The notes beneath the pieces were generated by a model. It did not search any database. It was not told the origin of the DNA and was given only the letters and a program-made list of their open reading frames with translations. Source: an uncultured archaeon (GTDB lineage Archaea; Asgardarchaeota; Thorarchaeia; Thorarchaeales; Thorarchaeaceae). Taken from it: a DNA stretch of 64,000 bases. The stretch is taken from contig CAZSWP010000003.1 of the NCBI GenBank assembly GCA_964610875.1, positions 88,504-152,503 on the forward strand. The letters run 5' to 3'. Position numbers and translations under genes: made by a program. Of the stretch, positions 37,387 through 47,774 are shown piece by piece; position 1 is the stretch's first letter, and each line of letters opens with the position of its first letter.

Positions 37387-38002
37387 CTGTGTTTCCTCCT
37401 ATATCTCGGAGTTCTGTCTTAGCAACATTATAGTAGTTTACTTCACCATTCTGATCTACAAGAGCAAAAACAAGTTCTTTTCTTGCATTCTGAGATGCTT
37501 CAGTGACCATATCAAGATTATGAAGCGTTATAGGTACACCTTCTCTCATAACGTAAACAAGTTGGTTTGCTGTGGCTGACCCGGGTCGATCGCCTCTTCC
37601 ATATACCCGGAAGCCTAGTCCGCTTCCAAAACCTTGACGTACCGCATAACCTCTGCTGCGAAGGTCTCTAAAGACTAGGTATTTCACCCAGAGGTTTGGA
37701 TCGTCTTTGAGCAATTGGCCAACAATGTCCTTTGAAGCCAATAATTCTCCATTGGGATTGTGAACCAACACGCGTTTTCGTTCAAGTAGGTGTAATACTT
37801 CAACAGGTTCAAGCTCAAGTCTGCCGTCATCAAGACGGACACCATAGAATCCCTGCTGTGAAATACGGTCGGATTCATCTTTTGCAACGTAACCCTTACC
37901 ATCAATGAACATAGTTTCAGAAGGTTCTTCTTCAATCTCTTCTTCACTGATTTGCTTTTCAGAATAATCATTCATATGTGGGTCATCATTGTTATCAGAC
38001 AA
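37379..38002 (-). CDS. tRNA splicing endonuclease-like subunit, probably the structural subunit
   Basis: LELEPVEVLHL, YLVFRDLRSRGY, FRVY, ARKELVFALVD; catalytic Tyr and His positions appear substituted. Confidence 0.75.
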   Translation of the reverse strand: MSDNNDDPHMNDYSEKQISEEEIEEEPSETMFIDGKGYVAKDESDRISQQGFYGVRLDDGRLELEPVEVLHLLERKRVLVHNPNGELLASKDIVGQLLKDDPNLWVKYLVFRDLRSRGYAVRQGFGSGLGFRVYGRGDRPGSATANQLVYVMREGVPITLHNLDMVTEASQNARKELVFALVDQNGEVNYYNVAKTELRDIGGNTDE

Positions 38003-38061
38003 ATCGTTCGCCTACTACCTGATTGGTAATTGATGATGAGAAAAAGTCTTCGACATGACCA

Positions 38062-38601
38062 ATGACAAGAACTATAGCGTGTTTTTTCTGCCATGCCCAT
38101 GTGACAACTCACGAAATCTCTGAACAGCTACATGAGTTTATCAAAGGATCCAAGAAGATTGCAATCTTAGGAATAGGTAATGAACTTCGTACGGATGACG
38201 GTCTTGGACCTCTGATAGTAAACAGTCTCCAAACAAAACACCCTGATATACTCATAGAGAATGTAGGTTCTGTACCGGAAGCTTTTGCTAGGCCTCTTGC
38301 CGATTTTGGTGCAGAACGGGTCATTATGGTAGATGCCGCTGATATGAGAAAACATCCTGGTCATATTGAACTTGTGACAAAGGACCGAATAGGTGGCATT
38401 GCCATCAGTACACATAGCATGCCTCTGTCATTCTTGATGGAATACTTAGAACAACAGACAGGTGGGGTGACAATCCTACTTGGGGTTCAACCAAAGAGTA
38501 TCCAGTTTGGTGAAGGCTTGACCCCAGAAGTACACACAGTTGTTCAGAAGCTTATTAATACAATGGACCGCATCCTAACGACGCACTTGCGAGGAAGATA
38601 A
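38062..38601 (+). CDS. hycI: Hydrogenase maturation peptidase (HycI-like)
   Basis: GIGNELRTDDGLG, VPE, VDAAD, STHSMPL. Confidence 0.9.
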   Translation: MTRTIACFFCHAHVTTHEISEQLHEFIKGSKKIAILGIGNELRTDDGLGPLIVNSLQTKHPDILIENVGSVPEAFARPLADFGAERVIMVDAADMRKHPGHIELVTKDRIGGIAISTHSMPLSFLMEYLEQQTGGVTILLGVQPKSIQFGEGLTPEVHTVVQKLINTMDRILTTHLRGR

Positions 38602-38603
38602 TC

Positions 38604-39635
38604 ATGTATCGGACCATAGAGTGGCTTGATGAAATTAATGAAGTACGATTAGTCGATCAGACAAAACTCCCGTTGGAAAAGACCTACGTGCTGACAAAAA
38701 GCCATGAACGGATTGCCAAATCAATCAAAATCATGGAGATCAGAGGAGCTCCTGCAATTGGTGCAGCTGCAGGAATGGGAATGGCTCTGGCAGCGATTGA
38801 GAGCAATGCCAAATCCAAGGACGAATTAGTCAAGTTCTTAGAAAAAGCTGCGATCACACTGAATACGCGTCCTACAGCAGTGAACCTCACATGGGCTACT
38901 GCTCGGATGCTCAAAGTGACAAAAGAAGCTGAAGGTCCCGTCGATAAAATCGTGGAAACACTCGTCGATGAAGCAAAGGAGATTGCTGAAGAGGACGTAC
39001 GAATGTGTAGAGCATTAGGTGAGAATGCCCTTCAGTTCATCAAACCTGGATTCACTATTCAGACCATCTGCAATGCAGGTTCCTTAGCAACAGTTCACCT
39101 AGGTACTGTTGGCGCAGTTGTACGTGTCGCTCATGAAAAGTATGATGGGGATATCAAGGTCTATGCTGCTGAAACTCGTCCACGACAACAAGGTGCAAAA
39201 CTGACAGTATATGAAATGATGGAAGATGATATTGAAACAACTCTCATAACTGATGGCATGATTGGTACCGTCTTCAGGGAGGGACGAGTCGATTGTTGTG
39301 TTGTCGGGTCTGATAGAATATTAGGAACAGGACATGTGACAAATAAAATTGGCACTTATACAATGGCCATTGTTGCCAAACACCATGGGATTCCCTTCTA
39401 TGTGGTTGCTCCTATGTCAACAGTGGACTATGAAACTAGGCCTGAAGATGTCGTTATTGAAGAGAGGAATCCGGATGAGATTCGTATCATAAATGGAGAA
39501 TATGTTACAGTGCCTGATGCAAAGGTCTACAACCCTGCATTTGACATCACTCCACCAAAACTGATAACTGCCATCATCACTGACCGTGGTGTTGTCGAAG
39601 CACCAAATGAGGAAAAGATGAAGAAATTAATGTAA
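38604..39635 (+). CDS. mtnA: S-methyl-5-thioribose-1-phosphate isomerase (eIF2B-like family)
   Basis: DQTKLP, IRGAPAIG, TRPTAVNL, CNAGSLAT, ETRP..QG, NKIGTY, NPAFDITP. Confidence 0.9.
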   Translation: MYRTIEWLDEINEVRLVDQTKLPLEKTYVLTKSHERIAKSIKIMEIRGAPAIGAAAGMGMALAAIESNAKSKDELVKFLEKAAITLNTRPTAVNLTWATARMLKVTKEAEGPVDKIVETLVDEAKEIAEEDVRMCRALGENALQFIKPGFTIQTICNAGSLATVHLGTVGAVVRVAHEKYDGDIKVYAAETRPRQQGAKLTVYEMMEDDIETTLITDGMIGTVFREGRVDCCVVGSDRILGTGHVTNKIGTYTMAIVAKHHGIPFYVVAPMSTVDYETRPEDVVIEERNPDEIRIINGEYVTVPDAKVYNPAFDITPPKLITAIITDRGVVEAPNEEKMKKLM

Positions 39636-39973
39636 CAAGCTCAGTATACCGTCAAAAATGTAGTTTGAGCCAAACTATCCTTGAGCTGAATTCACAGTTT
39701 TTATTTAGAGAATGGTTCATCTGGAGGTTTTCCAGGATCGGTTTTATTGTATTTCATTTTTCTTCAATAATCTATAGACAACTTGATCTCAGTAATTCTC
39801 TACATATTTAATTGAACAAATTATTGGAGAATTTTGATAATAGATGCAGCAACTAAAATTAGGCCGTCAATATTACTAAGGAGTTTAATAGCATAAATAG
39901 GAAATACTATTGATTACTAATATCCCTTAAAACGAACAGAAGAGCTTAAGAATCAAACAGTGGCCCAGAAACT

Positions 39974-40051
39974 GGGCACGTAGTCTAGTATGGATAGGGC
40001 GCTTGCCTTCGGAGCAAGATGTCGCAGGTTCGAATCCTGCCGTGCCCGCCA
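39974..40051 (+). tRNA. tRNA-Arg(UCG), intronless
   Basis: GGGCACG/CGTGCCC-GCCA; CTTGC-CT-TCG-GA-GCAAG. Confidence 0.95.
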
Positions 40052-40077
40052 CGATTTTTGATAGGCAAATCTACACT

Positions 40078-41589
40078 CTAGTGCATATGTTTAGTTTTGC
40101 ACCAGTCAACTGCACATTTTCTAATAGACTTCTTCTCCTCTTCCTCTATTCTTCTAAGATGCGATAACACAAGACCCATACGACCTATTGATTCAAGTTT
40201 CTCTTGATTTTCTATCAAGAAAGACCAGTAGAGAAAATTGAATGGACATGCATCTGATCCAGTCTTTATCCGTGAATTATATTGGCAATGATCACAGTAA
40301 TCGCTCATTTTTCTAATGTAGTTTGCCGATGCAATATACGGCTTAGTAGAAAATACACCTCCATCTGCAAAGAGTCCCATTCCGAGTACATTAGGTTGCA
40401 TAACCCAATCAAATGAATCAATAAAGACACTATGAAACCAGTCTTCTACTAATTGTGGGTTTAGCTTGGCAAGAGTACTGAAATTACTCAAAATCATAAG
40501 TCTCTGAATATGATGTGCATATCCTGTATTCTCTATATTCCTCAGAACGGTTCTCATACAATTCATATCGGTCTGCCCAGTCCAGAAGAAATCCGGTAAA
40601 TCACTCAAATGTGCAAAAAAGTTCCTCTCAAAATAATCAGCATCTACCGTATGATATACTCCACGGATGAACTCTCGCCATCCCAATATTTGACGAACAA
40701 AACCTTCGACGCTAGTAATGTGGGCTTTACCTGTATTGTAAATCTCTTCAGCTGCTTTTACTACTTCAACAGGATGAATTAGTCCAATATTGAGGTAGGG
40801 TGATAATAGTGAATGCCACATCATTGGATAATCCATCAACATTGCATCCTCAAATGGACCAAAATATTGTAATCGATTCTCCAAGAAATATCTTAGTGCC
40901 TTTCTCCCATTCTCCCGTGTCACACCCCACCTGAATGGTGTTGTTCTCCCAAAAAGTGGAATATCTATGTTCTCTACTTTATCAATAATCCTTCTTGTAA
41001 TCAAATCTGGCTCAAAATGGATTGGATTCGATGGCTCAAGTTGTTTACTGGGTGGCTCTCGATTCTCTTTATCATAATTCCATTTCCCCCCAGCTGGCTC
41101 ACCATCTTCAAGTAATATGTTGAATTTTTTCCTTCCTTCTCTGTAAAAACTCTCCAATAACAACCTTCTCCGGTCTTCACTCCATCTCTTAAAACTTTCA
41201 ATACTCCAGAAGAACTGATTGTTGTTCAGTATTTTCAAGGTACATACTATATCCATCTTATTGAGCTGTTCAAGAAAGGGACGGTCATTGGGTTGCATAA
41301 CCAGTAATTTTTCAATCTGATGATCATCAATCCATGAGTTCAAAACATCTTGAAACCCACTACTGGACTCTATATAGTCACATTTCCATCCTTCAGCAAT
41401 CAGTTCTTGTTGGAAATGTTTCATTGCTGACCAAAGAAGTACTAGTTTTTGTCTGTGATAGGGTCTTGCTTGTATATGCTTTAATGATTCTATCAATATC
41501 ACACGAGTGTTTCTTCTTTTCTTACATGCATCAAGAGCAGTCTGAGTTAGGCTTAGCTGGTCCCCAAGAACCCAGATACCTATATTCAA
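40078..41589 (-). CDS. Cryptochrome/photolyase-related protein (Fe-S bacterial cryptochrome / PhrB-like)
   Basis: WVLGDQL, HRQKL, GGKWNYD..NR, EGFVRQILGWREF, YAHHIQRLM, YC..C.Y...ACPFN. Confidence 0.92.
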   Translation of the reverse strand: MNIGIWVLGDQLSLTQTALDACKKRRNTRVILIESLKHIQARPYHRQKLVLLWSAMKHFQQELIAEGWKCDYIESSSGFQDVLNSWIDDHQIEKLLVMQPNDRPFLEQLNKMDIVCTLKILNNNQFFWSIESFKRWSEDRRRLLLESFYREGRKKFNILLEDGEPAGGKWNYDKENREPPSKQLEPSNPIHFEPDLITRRIIDKVENIDIPLFGRTTPFRWGVTRENGRKALRYFLENRLQYFGPFEDAMLMDYPMMWHSLLSPYLNIGLIHPVEVVKAAEEIYNTGKAHITSVEGFVRQILGWREFIRGVYHTVDADYFERNFFAHLSDLPDFFWTGQTDMNCMRTVLRNIENTGYAHHIQRLMILSNFSTLAKLNPQLVEDWFHSVFIDSFDWVMQPNVLGMGLFADGGVFSTKPYIASANYIRKMSDYCDHCQYNSRIKTGSDACPFNFLYWSFLIENQEKLESIGRMGLVLSHLRRIEEEEKKSIRKCAVDWCKTKHMH

Positions 41590-41678
41590 TACGCATCATC
41601 CTCATTTTTAGAGAACTCAACAATGAGTCATGCCATATTAATAGGATGGAACAGCGTTAATTGATTTGATTACAAGGT

Positions 41679-41897
41679 CTATTTTTTCCCGAGTTTTTTG
41701 CTCCATACTTCAAGGAAATACTCAAGAGACCTATCGTATGTCTTCTCAGCCTCAGGCGGAAAAAGACAGCCAGGCAGTTCCTTATGTCGCCAATGATAGT
41801 CTAGGCAGTCGCAACAATATCCCTTCCTTGAGCATCCTGGATACGTACAGCCACAACGTTCCTTGTTCCTTTCAATGTTACAGATTCGACCTGTCAT
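41679..41897 (-). CDS. Small Cys-rich protein (DUF6485-like)
   Basis: CGCTYPGCSRKGYCCDCLDYH...LPGC.F...AEKTYDRS. Confidence 0.8.
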   Translation of the reverse strand: MTGRICNIERNKERCGCTYPGCSRKGYCCDCLDYHWRHKELPGCLFPPEAEKTYDRSLEYFLEVWSKKLGKK

Positions 41898-41939
41898 GAC
41901 AAACTCTCGTGCAAGTTATGCGTCTATCATTAAAACCCT

Positions 41940-42779
41940 GTGCTTTACGGTACTTTCAGCAAGCCTAATAGCCTCTTCTACACCTTTCTGATTATGTGTC
42001 CACTAACAGGTGTGGTCGATGAATACCAGGGAATTGATGGAAAGAAGCTCCCATCGGAAAGAGTAACCAGTCTGGAATACCTACTTGTGGATGAATTTGG
42101 TGAATTGTCAAATTTTCAATTACAGGGACGTATGAGGAGTAAGAAGAACGTAGTTCTGCTTATTGGGATTGAAACAGAAACCACTACTGAACATGAGCAA
42201 GTTGTTGCAAAACTGTACATTGAAGACACTTTCAAGACAGAGCTAGAGATTCTCACTACGAGCAGGGAAAATGGTCTCTTAGTACCAAAGGTAATCAGAG
42301 CTCAATATGATATCATAATACTCGAAAAAATACAGGGTACTCCATTAGTTGAGGTCATCAATGAAACTTTTGATACCAGACATATTGACGAGCTAGCAAG
42401 ATGGTATTACAACTTTCACTCCATACATAACAAGGTGAAAGGCGACCCCAGATTGAGAAATTTTATAGTCGCAGATGTTGGCATTTATGGTCTTGATTTT
42501 GAAGAAGTAAGAGAAGATGACTGGATGGTTGACATTGCAGGTATCAGTGCAAGCCTGTTAGACACAGACCCCATTTTCGGTCAGAAAAAACAGAATCTCT
42601 CGTGGCGATTGCTGGAACAATACCTCGCATTGAAAGGAACGTCCCGCACAAGAGAAATTGATGAACGATTTGTTGAAACTGTTGTAAAAACACTCCAGAA
42701 CACAGCTGCCTTGAGAAACGACCCACGAATAAAAGAGATTGCACATAGAATTCAAGAATCTGGCATTTCGTTTAATTGA
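41940..42779 (+). CDS. Atypical kinase (Bud32/APH-like fold)
   Basis: VVAK, KGDPRLRNF catalytic loop, LDFEE; start uncertain. Confidence 0.75.
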   Translation: MLYGTFSKPNSLFYTFLIMCPLTGVVDEYQGIDGKKLPSERVTSLEYLLVDEFGELSNFQLQGRMRSKKNVVLLIGIETETTTEHEQVVAKLYIEDTFKTELEILTTSRENGLLVPKVIRAQYDIIILEKIQGTPLVEVINETFDTRHIDELARWYYNFHSIHNKVKGDPRLRNFIVADVGIYGLDFEEVREDDWMVDIAGISASLLDTDPIFGQKKQNLSWRLLEQYLALKGTSRTREIDERFVETVVKTLQNTAALRNDPRIKEIAHRIQESGISFN

Positions 42780-42873
42780 TCGCGAAAGACGGTTCTTCCC
42801 TAATCTTCATATTCCTCTTCTCAAGTGATATGCACAATCAAACATATCAATACCGTAAAGGATTGAATCAAAG

Positions 42874-44424
42874 ATGGAGCGTCGACTAGAGGCAGTCTTA
42901 CTAATTGTATTAGTAGCAAGCGTCTTAGTGGTAGCAATATTCACTATTCCTATCCTACTTGTCAGACCTGCTCCACTCGCCAATGTATCAGGTGGATATC
43001 TAAGGATACATAACACTACGACATTCGAAGTGAGAACAATAGGACCAAACACTACTATCTCACTCTCATGGGATGAAGCATCGGGTTTTGGACACCTTTT
43101 CTTAGTAATTTCAAACATCAATCCATCAAAGACCCAAATCGAATCCGATTGCTCTCCTGTCTTAATCAAAACATATCCATCAGCAATCAAACTAGAGATT
43201 TCAACGACGAATGTGAACGCATGGGTCAAAGTGATTCAACGAGTTGACCCTGATGTGAATTTCTATGTATTTGGAGACTCTCAGGGATATCAGGGTGGCA
43301 TTGAACAAGTTGTTCGGGCTGCAGCACTACATAGTCCAGATTTTGTTTTTCATTGTGGTGATCTCACACCCTTTGGAGAGAAAAACCAGTATTTAGACAC
43401 ACTCTCTGCTCTTCGACCTCTCACTGTTCCTCTCTATACAACACCTGGCAATCATGATGTACGGTCGAACGGTTCACAAAACTATCTGTACTATTTTGGT
43501 CCTGATACCTACTCATTTGACTGGGGACCAGTACACATCACCTCCTTTAACACGTCAAAATATACCGTGACCGATTTGGAACTCGATTGGCTAGAGACCG
43601 ATTTAGCAGAGTCCAACGCTGAATGGAAATTTGTGTTCACACACGTCCCAATAGCAGACCCTCGGACCGAAGAGAATCATACATTCTCTGTTGAACTAGC
43701 CGAAGAACTTGCATCAATATTTAGTAATACCAATGTGGATGTTGTCTTCTCCGGACACATTCACATGTTTGCCAACTTCTCTCTAGATAATGTTCAGTAT
43801 ATCATAACTGGTGGGGCTGGTATGGGACTGTACGCATCTGAGGAAGAAGGAGGTTTCTACCATTATGTCAATGTATCAGTATCAGGGAACGAACTAAAAA
43901 TAAAAACGGCACCTCTTGAAACACCATCAATAGATAGGAATCAAGTAGTAATCAGGGGTGTTGATACCACGATCACTCTGAATATTGCTGACTTGTCCGA
44001 ATTAAATACCATCGAAGAATACTCATCATTTCAGAACCAATTTGGTAATTGGCGAGGTCAAGGGATATACCGAGGAGTGAGAATTCTTGACCTACTTGAT
44101 TTGGTTGGTGGTCTGAATCCAGATGATACTATACGCGTGACAGCAATTGATGGTTTCTTTCAAGACTTCTGCTATTCCAATGTATATCCAAACATATCTT
44201 GGTATCAATATCAAGGGGACATGATTCTTGCATACATGTATAATGAAACCATTGTCCCTGAATGGGAGGACGGAATGAGAATTATTATGATTCCGGAGGA
44301 TGGAGCTTATAGTAACAATGACTGCGTTATGACATCTGCATCAGGGATGGGATGTTCTGTCTATATTTCTGGAGGGACAAGATGGATTCGTTATGTTGCA
44401 GAAATTGAGGTGATATCGGATTGA
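42874..44424 (+). CDS. Membrane-anchored metallophosphoesterase fused to a molybdopterin-oxidoreductase-like (Oxidored_molyb-like) domain
   Basis: N-terminal TM; GDSQ, GDL, PGNHD, SGHIH phosphoesterase motifs; C-terminal YRGVRILDLLD..GG...A.DG...WIRYV..IEV. Confidence 0.8.
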   Translation: MERRLEAVLLIVLVASVLVVAIFTIPILLVRPAPLANVSGGYLRIHNTTTFEVRTIGPNTTISLSWDEASGFGHLFLVISNINPSKTQIESDCSPVLIKTYPSAIKLEISTTNVNAWVKVIQRVDPDVNFYVFGDSQGYQGGIEQVVRAAALHSPDFVFHCGDLTPFGEKNQYLDTLSALRPLTVPLYTTPGNHDVRSNGSQNYLYYFGPDTYSFDWGPVHITSFNTSKYTVTDLELDWLETDLAESNAEWKFVFTHVPIADPRTEENHTFSVELAEELASIFSNTNVDVVFSGHIHMFANFSLDNVQYIITGGAGMGLYASEEEGGFYHYVNVSVSGNELKIKTAPLETPSIDRNQVVIRGVDTTITLNIADLSELNTIEEYSSFQNQFGNWRGQGIYRGVRILDLLDLVGGLNPDDTIRVTAIDGFFQDFCYSNVYPNISWYQYQGDMILAYMYNETIVPEWEDGMRIIMIPEDGAYSNNDCVMTSASGMGCSVYISGGTRWIRYVAEIEVISD

Positions 44425-45488
44425 GTACACCCTCCCGAAAACCAATCAATACTCGGGATATCGTAACCCTTGCCATATTGAGCTCCCTTGGTGGAGCACT
44501 AAGTACCTTTGTTGGGTATCTTGGAAATCTAGTCAACCTTGCACTTGGTGTGCCTTTTGGTGCAGGTCAGTTCATGGCTGGACTCCATGTGTACTGGCTG
44601 GTACTAATCCGTGTTGCAGTTCCAAAAAAAGGTGCTGGAACATTTGGAGGTCTCCTGAAAGGCATGGTTGAGATGTTCACAGGCAGTACTCACGGCATTG
44701 TGATAGTACTGATATCACTGGTTCAAGGGTTACTTATCGATATCTTTGCTATGATTGGTCAGACCCCAGAAGAAGGAAACACAGTATCACGTATCGTATG
44801 GTGGATTGGTGCAGGCATCTCATCAATATCCAACGTAATTATATTCCAGATAATCTATTTCTCTGGAGTTCCTTTCCTTTACATCTTTGTAATAATTGTC
44901 TTGGCGTTCTGTTCTGGTGTAATCTTTGCAGGATATTTTGCGTGGGAAACACTGGAGTTTCTGAACGAAACGCAGATGTTAGCGTACAATTTCTCTAGTA
45001 TCAGAGAGAGTAGAACCACAAAAAGACGGGATATTCTCAGAAGGAATATCCCTGCTGTTATAATGGTTCTATTCCTTATCATTGGTTCTGCATTCTACTT
45101 TGTTTTTATTGCTCAGGTCGGAGCTGATCCCTATAGTTGTCAAGTCACAGGACTTGTAGACAACCCCTATACCTTTCAACCAACACTCTTCGAAGATGAA
45201 CGGGTAACAATTGAAGCCGAACTGATAGGCGCATATACCCATCTCCCTCCGGCAAACTATACTGGTGTTCTAATGAGCACAATACTCGAATTAGCAGAAC
45301 CAAAAGCTGAAGCAACTGGGCTAAGAGTGATTGCACGAGACGGATACACAATACCGTTCAATCTGACTTTAGTCATGAATGATGACCACTTCCTGCTCAC
45401 TGAAACTACTGATGGCCTCTGGCTTATTGCTGGTGAATATGATGGCTCCCAATGGGTACGCCAAGTTGTAACACTTGAGGTCTACTAG
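44421..45488 (+). CDS. ECF transporter S component fused to an Oxidored_molyb-like domain
   Basis: TRDIVTLAIL S-component start, KKGAG, 6-7 TM helices; C-terminal YTGVLMSTILE...ARDGY...WVRQV. Confidence 0.8.
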   Translation: MSTPSRKPINTRDIVTLAILSSLGGALSTFVGYLGNLVNLALGVPFGAGQFMAGLHVYWLVLIRVAVPKKGAGTFGGLLKGMVEMFTGSTHGIVIVLISLVQGLLIDIFAMIGQTPEEGNTVSRIVWWIGAGISSISNVIIFQIIYFSGVPFLYIFVIIVLAFCSGVIFAGYFAWETLEFLNETQMLAYNFSSIRESRTTKRRDILRRNIPAVIMVLFLIIGSAFYFVFIAQVGADPYSCQVTGLVDNPYTFQPTLFEDERVTIEAELIGAYTHLPPANYTGVLMSTILELAEPKAEATGLRVIARDGYTIPFNLTLVMNDDHFLLTETTDGLWLIAGEYDGSQWVRQVVTLEVY

Positions 45489-45500
45489 GGAGGAAATCAT

Positions 45501-46949
45501 GTGCTTGAAGTAAAAGACATTCACTTCTCTTACGATGGGCATACGCAGGTGCTCCATGGAATTGACCTCTCTGTTCCAAGAGGTGAAATTACCACCATAA
45601 CCGGGCCCACTGGCTCCGGCAAGTCAACTTTAGCAAAGATTCTCACAGGATTTATTCCAAGATCAATTCAAGGGGAACTATCTGGTACCATCCTGATAGA
45701 CAATCAAGACACAGAAAGCCTCACAATCTCACAGTATGCAAAGCGGGTTTCCCTAGTACAACAAGATGTTGAGAGCCAGTTATGCACTCTCCTTGTTTCA
45801 GACGAGATTGCCTTTGGTCCCGAAAACTATCAAGTTCCTCAGGATGAAATACTTGAACGTACCTCAAAGCATGCAAGAGATGTAGGTGTTGAACATCTAC
45901 TTGGTCGACCAACATATGCACTATCCGGAGGTGAAAAACAGCGGGTCGTCATTGCATCAATGCTTGCTTGTCAATCTGAATACATGATATTGGACGAACC
46001 AACCTCTAGTCTAGATCCCAACGGCATCAAATTACTCCTGGATGTCTTATGCGAACTCAAGAAAAATGGTATTGGGATTATCTGTATTGAGCACAGGTTG
46101 GATGGCATAACAAAAATCGCTGATCAAGTCTTGCGACTGAGTGATGGTAGGCTTGAGAAATATCTTGTGAACCCTCAGAAAATTGAGAAAATTACACAAA
46201 ACCATACAAATTATGAATATGGTGCCGAGATTTTGGTTGGAAATGAACTTACTTTTGCATATGACGACCAAGAGGTCATCACAGATCTCGATATCGCTTT
46301 GCATGAGGGTGAAATTGTATTCATAATGGGGCAAAATGGTTCTGGAAAATCTACTTTGTTGGGATTACTTAGTGGTCTTCTCAGTCCAAAAACAGGGTCT
46401 GTCCTCCTTGGTGGGAAGAAACTGACTCAGCTCTCAAGAAAAGATATTGCTTCCCGTATTGCTGTAGTCTTTCAGAATCCAAACTATCAGATTTTTGAGA
46501 GAACTGTCTGGAAGGAACAAATACTCACCCTAGATCTTCTTGATCAATTGAACGACGAAACGACAACGCGTTCCATAGAGGAACTAGAAACCGCCAATCT
46601 CCTAGAACTTCGCGAGAGAAACCCGTTTACCCTCAGTCATGGACAAAAGCGACGACTTAATGTGACATCAACTACGGTACACAGACCTAACATCTTACTA
46701 TTGGATGAACCATTTATTGGTCAAGATACACATGGAAGAAGGCTAATACTTCAAAAAGTACTTGAAAATGCTGAAGCTGGTGGAACCTCTGTTGTAGTGA
46801 CTCATGATATTGGCTTTGCCATGACTTATGCTAATAGACTACTTTTCATACAGGATGGACGTATTCTCCTTGACGGGCATCCAAAAGTTGTGCTTGAGCG
46901 TCTGCAATCAATGAAATATATGGACCAGTCGTGGAGTGTGGAGGGATAA
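45501..46949 (+). CDS. ECF transporter duplicated ATPase (EcfA-A')
   Basis: Two ABC cassettes: GPTGSGKS / LSGGEKQR / LDEP and GQNGSGKS / LSHGQKRR / LDEP. Confidence 0.92.
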   Translation: MLEVKDIHFSYDGHTQVLHGIDLSVPRGEITTITGPTGSGKSTLAKILTGFIPRSIQGELSGTILIDNQDTESLTISQYAKRVSLVQQDVESQLCTLLVSDEIAFGPENYQVPQDEILERTSKHARDVGVEHLLGRPTYALSGGEKQRVVIASMLACQSEYMILDEPTSSLDPNGIKLLLDVLCELKKNGIGIICIEHRLDGITKIADQVLRLSDGRLEKYLVNPQKIEKITQNHTNYEYGAEILVGNELTFAYDDQEVITDLDIALHEGEIVFIMGQNGSGKSTLLGLLSGLLSPKTGSVLLGGKKLTQLSRKDIASRIAVVFQNPNYQIFERTVWKEQILTLDLLDQLNDETTTRSIEELETANLLELRERNPFTLSHGQKRRLNVTSTTVHRPNILLLDEPFIGQDTHGRRLILQKVLENAEAGGTSVVVTHDIGFAMTYANRLLFIQDGRILLDGHPKVVLERLQSMKYMDQSWSVEG

Positions 46950-46952
46950 TGT

Positions 46953-47753
46953 TTGTCTAGACAGCTTGGTTACACTCCTAGGAATACCTTCATTCACAGG
47001 ATTAATCCTCTATTGAAGTTCTTTCTGTTAATTCTCACACTGATTCTAGTCATCATTATTCCCTACTGGTTCTTTGCTCTTGTTCTTCTCTCTCTCACAC
47101 TACTATTCTTCTATCTGGCTGATATTCCCTTCACAGTACGTGTGGGAAGAACAAAGTTCCTCTTATTCTTCTCCTTCCTTCTTCTTATTGTACAAATTCT
47201 TGTGACCACAAATGGATCTATCTTCCTCTTCATCATTCCAAGATTTGGAGAAGTTGGCCCCGCCATTCCGGTTACCGATTACGGTATAGAAAGAGGTCTA
47301 TCAATGTCAATCAGATTCCTTTTGATAGTATTCGCCAGTATGTTATTTGTGTCCGTGACTGATCCCACTTTACTTGCGCACTCTTTAACAAAACTGAAAA
47401 CACCATATCAATATGCCTTCGCACTGATAATTGCACTACGTTTCCTACCTCTTTTCGACTTTGAGAACAAAAAAGTACAGATGGCACAACAATCTCGTGG
47501 ACTATCTGTTGAAATCGGGGGAATACGAAAACTGGTACGAACTATTCGCTACACATTCTTTCCACTTCTTGTATCTGCCTTATCGCGAGTGGAAACTCTA
47601 TCCTTGTCAATGGATGGCCGTGGATTCGGGTATGACCCCCATCGAACATATCTCCGTGAATCAGAATGGCAAAAATCAGATTCAATTATCCTATTTTCCA
47701 TCATTTTTTTGATCATCTCGTATTTTTTGATAGGTTTCTATATGACATTATGA
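46953..47753 (+). CDS. ecfT: ECF transporter transmembrane component T
   Basis: IHRINPLLKF, ALRFLP, AQQSRG and SMDGRGF arginine motifs. Confidence 0.92.
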   Translation: MSRQLGYTPRNTFIHRINPLLKFFLLILTLILVIIIPYWFFALVLLSLTLLFFYLADIPFTVRVGRTKFLLFFSFLLLIVQILVTTNGSIFLFIIPRFGEVGPAIPVTDYGIERGLSMSIRFLLIVFASMLFVSVTDPTLLAHSLTKLKTPYQYAFALIIALRFLPLFDFENKKVQMAQQSRGLSVEIGGIRKLVRTIRYTFFPLLVSALSRVETLSLSMDGRGFGYDPHRTYLRESEWQKSDSIILFSIIFLIISYFLIGFYMTL

Positions 47754-47774
47754 TAAGTCATTAATTCATCCTTG

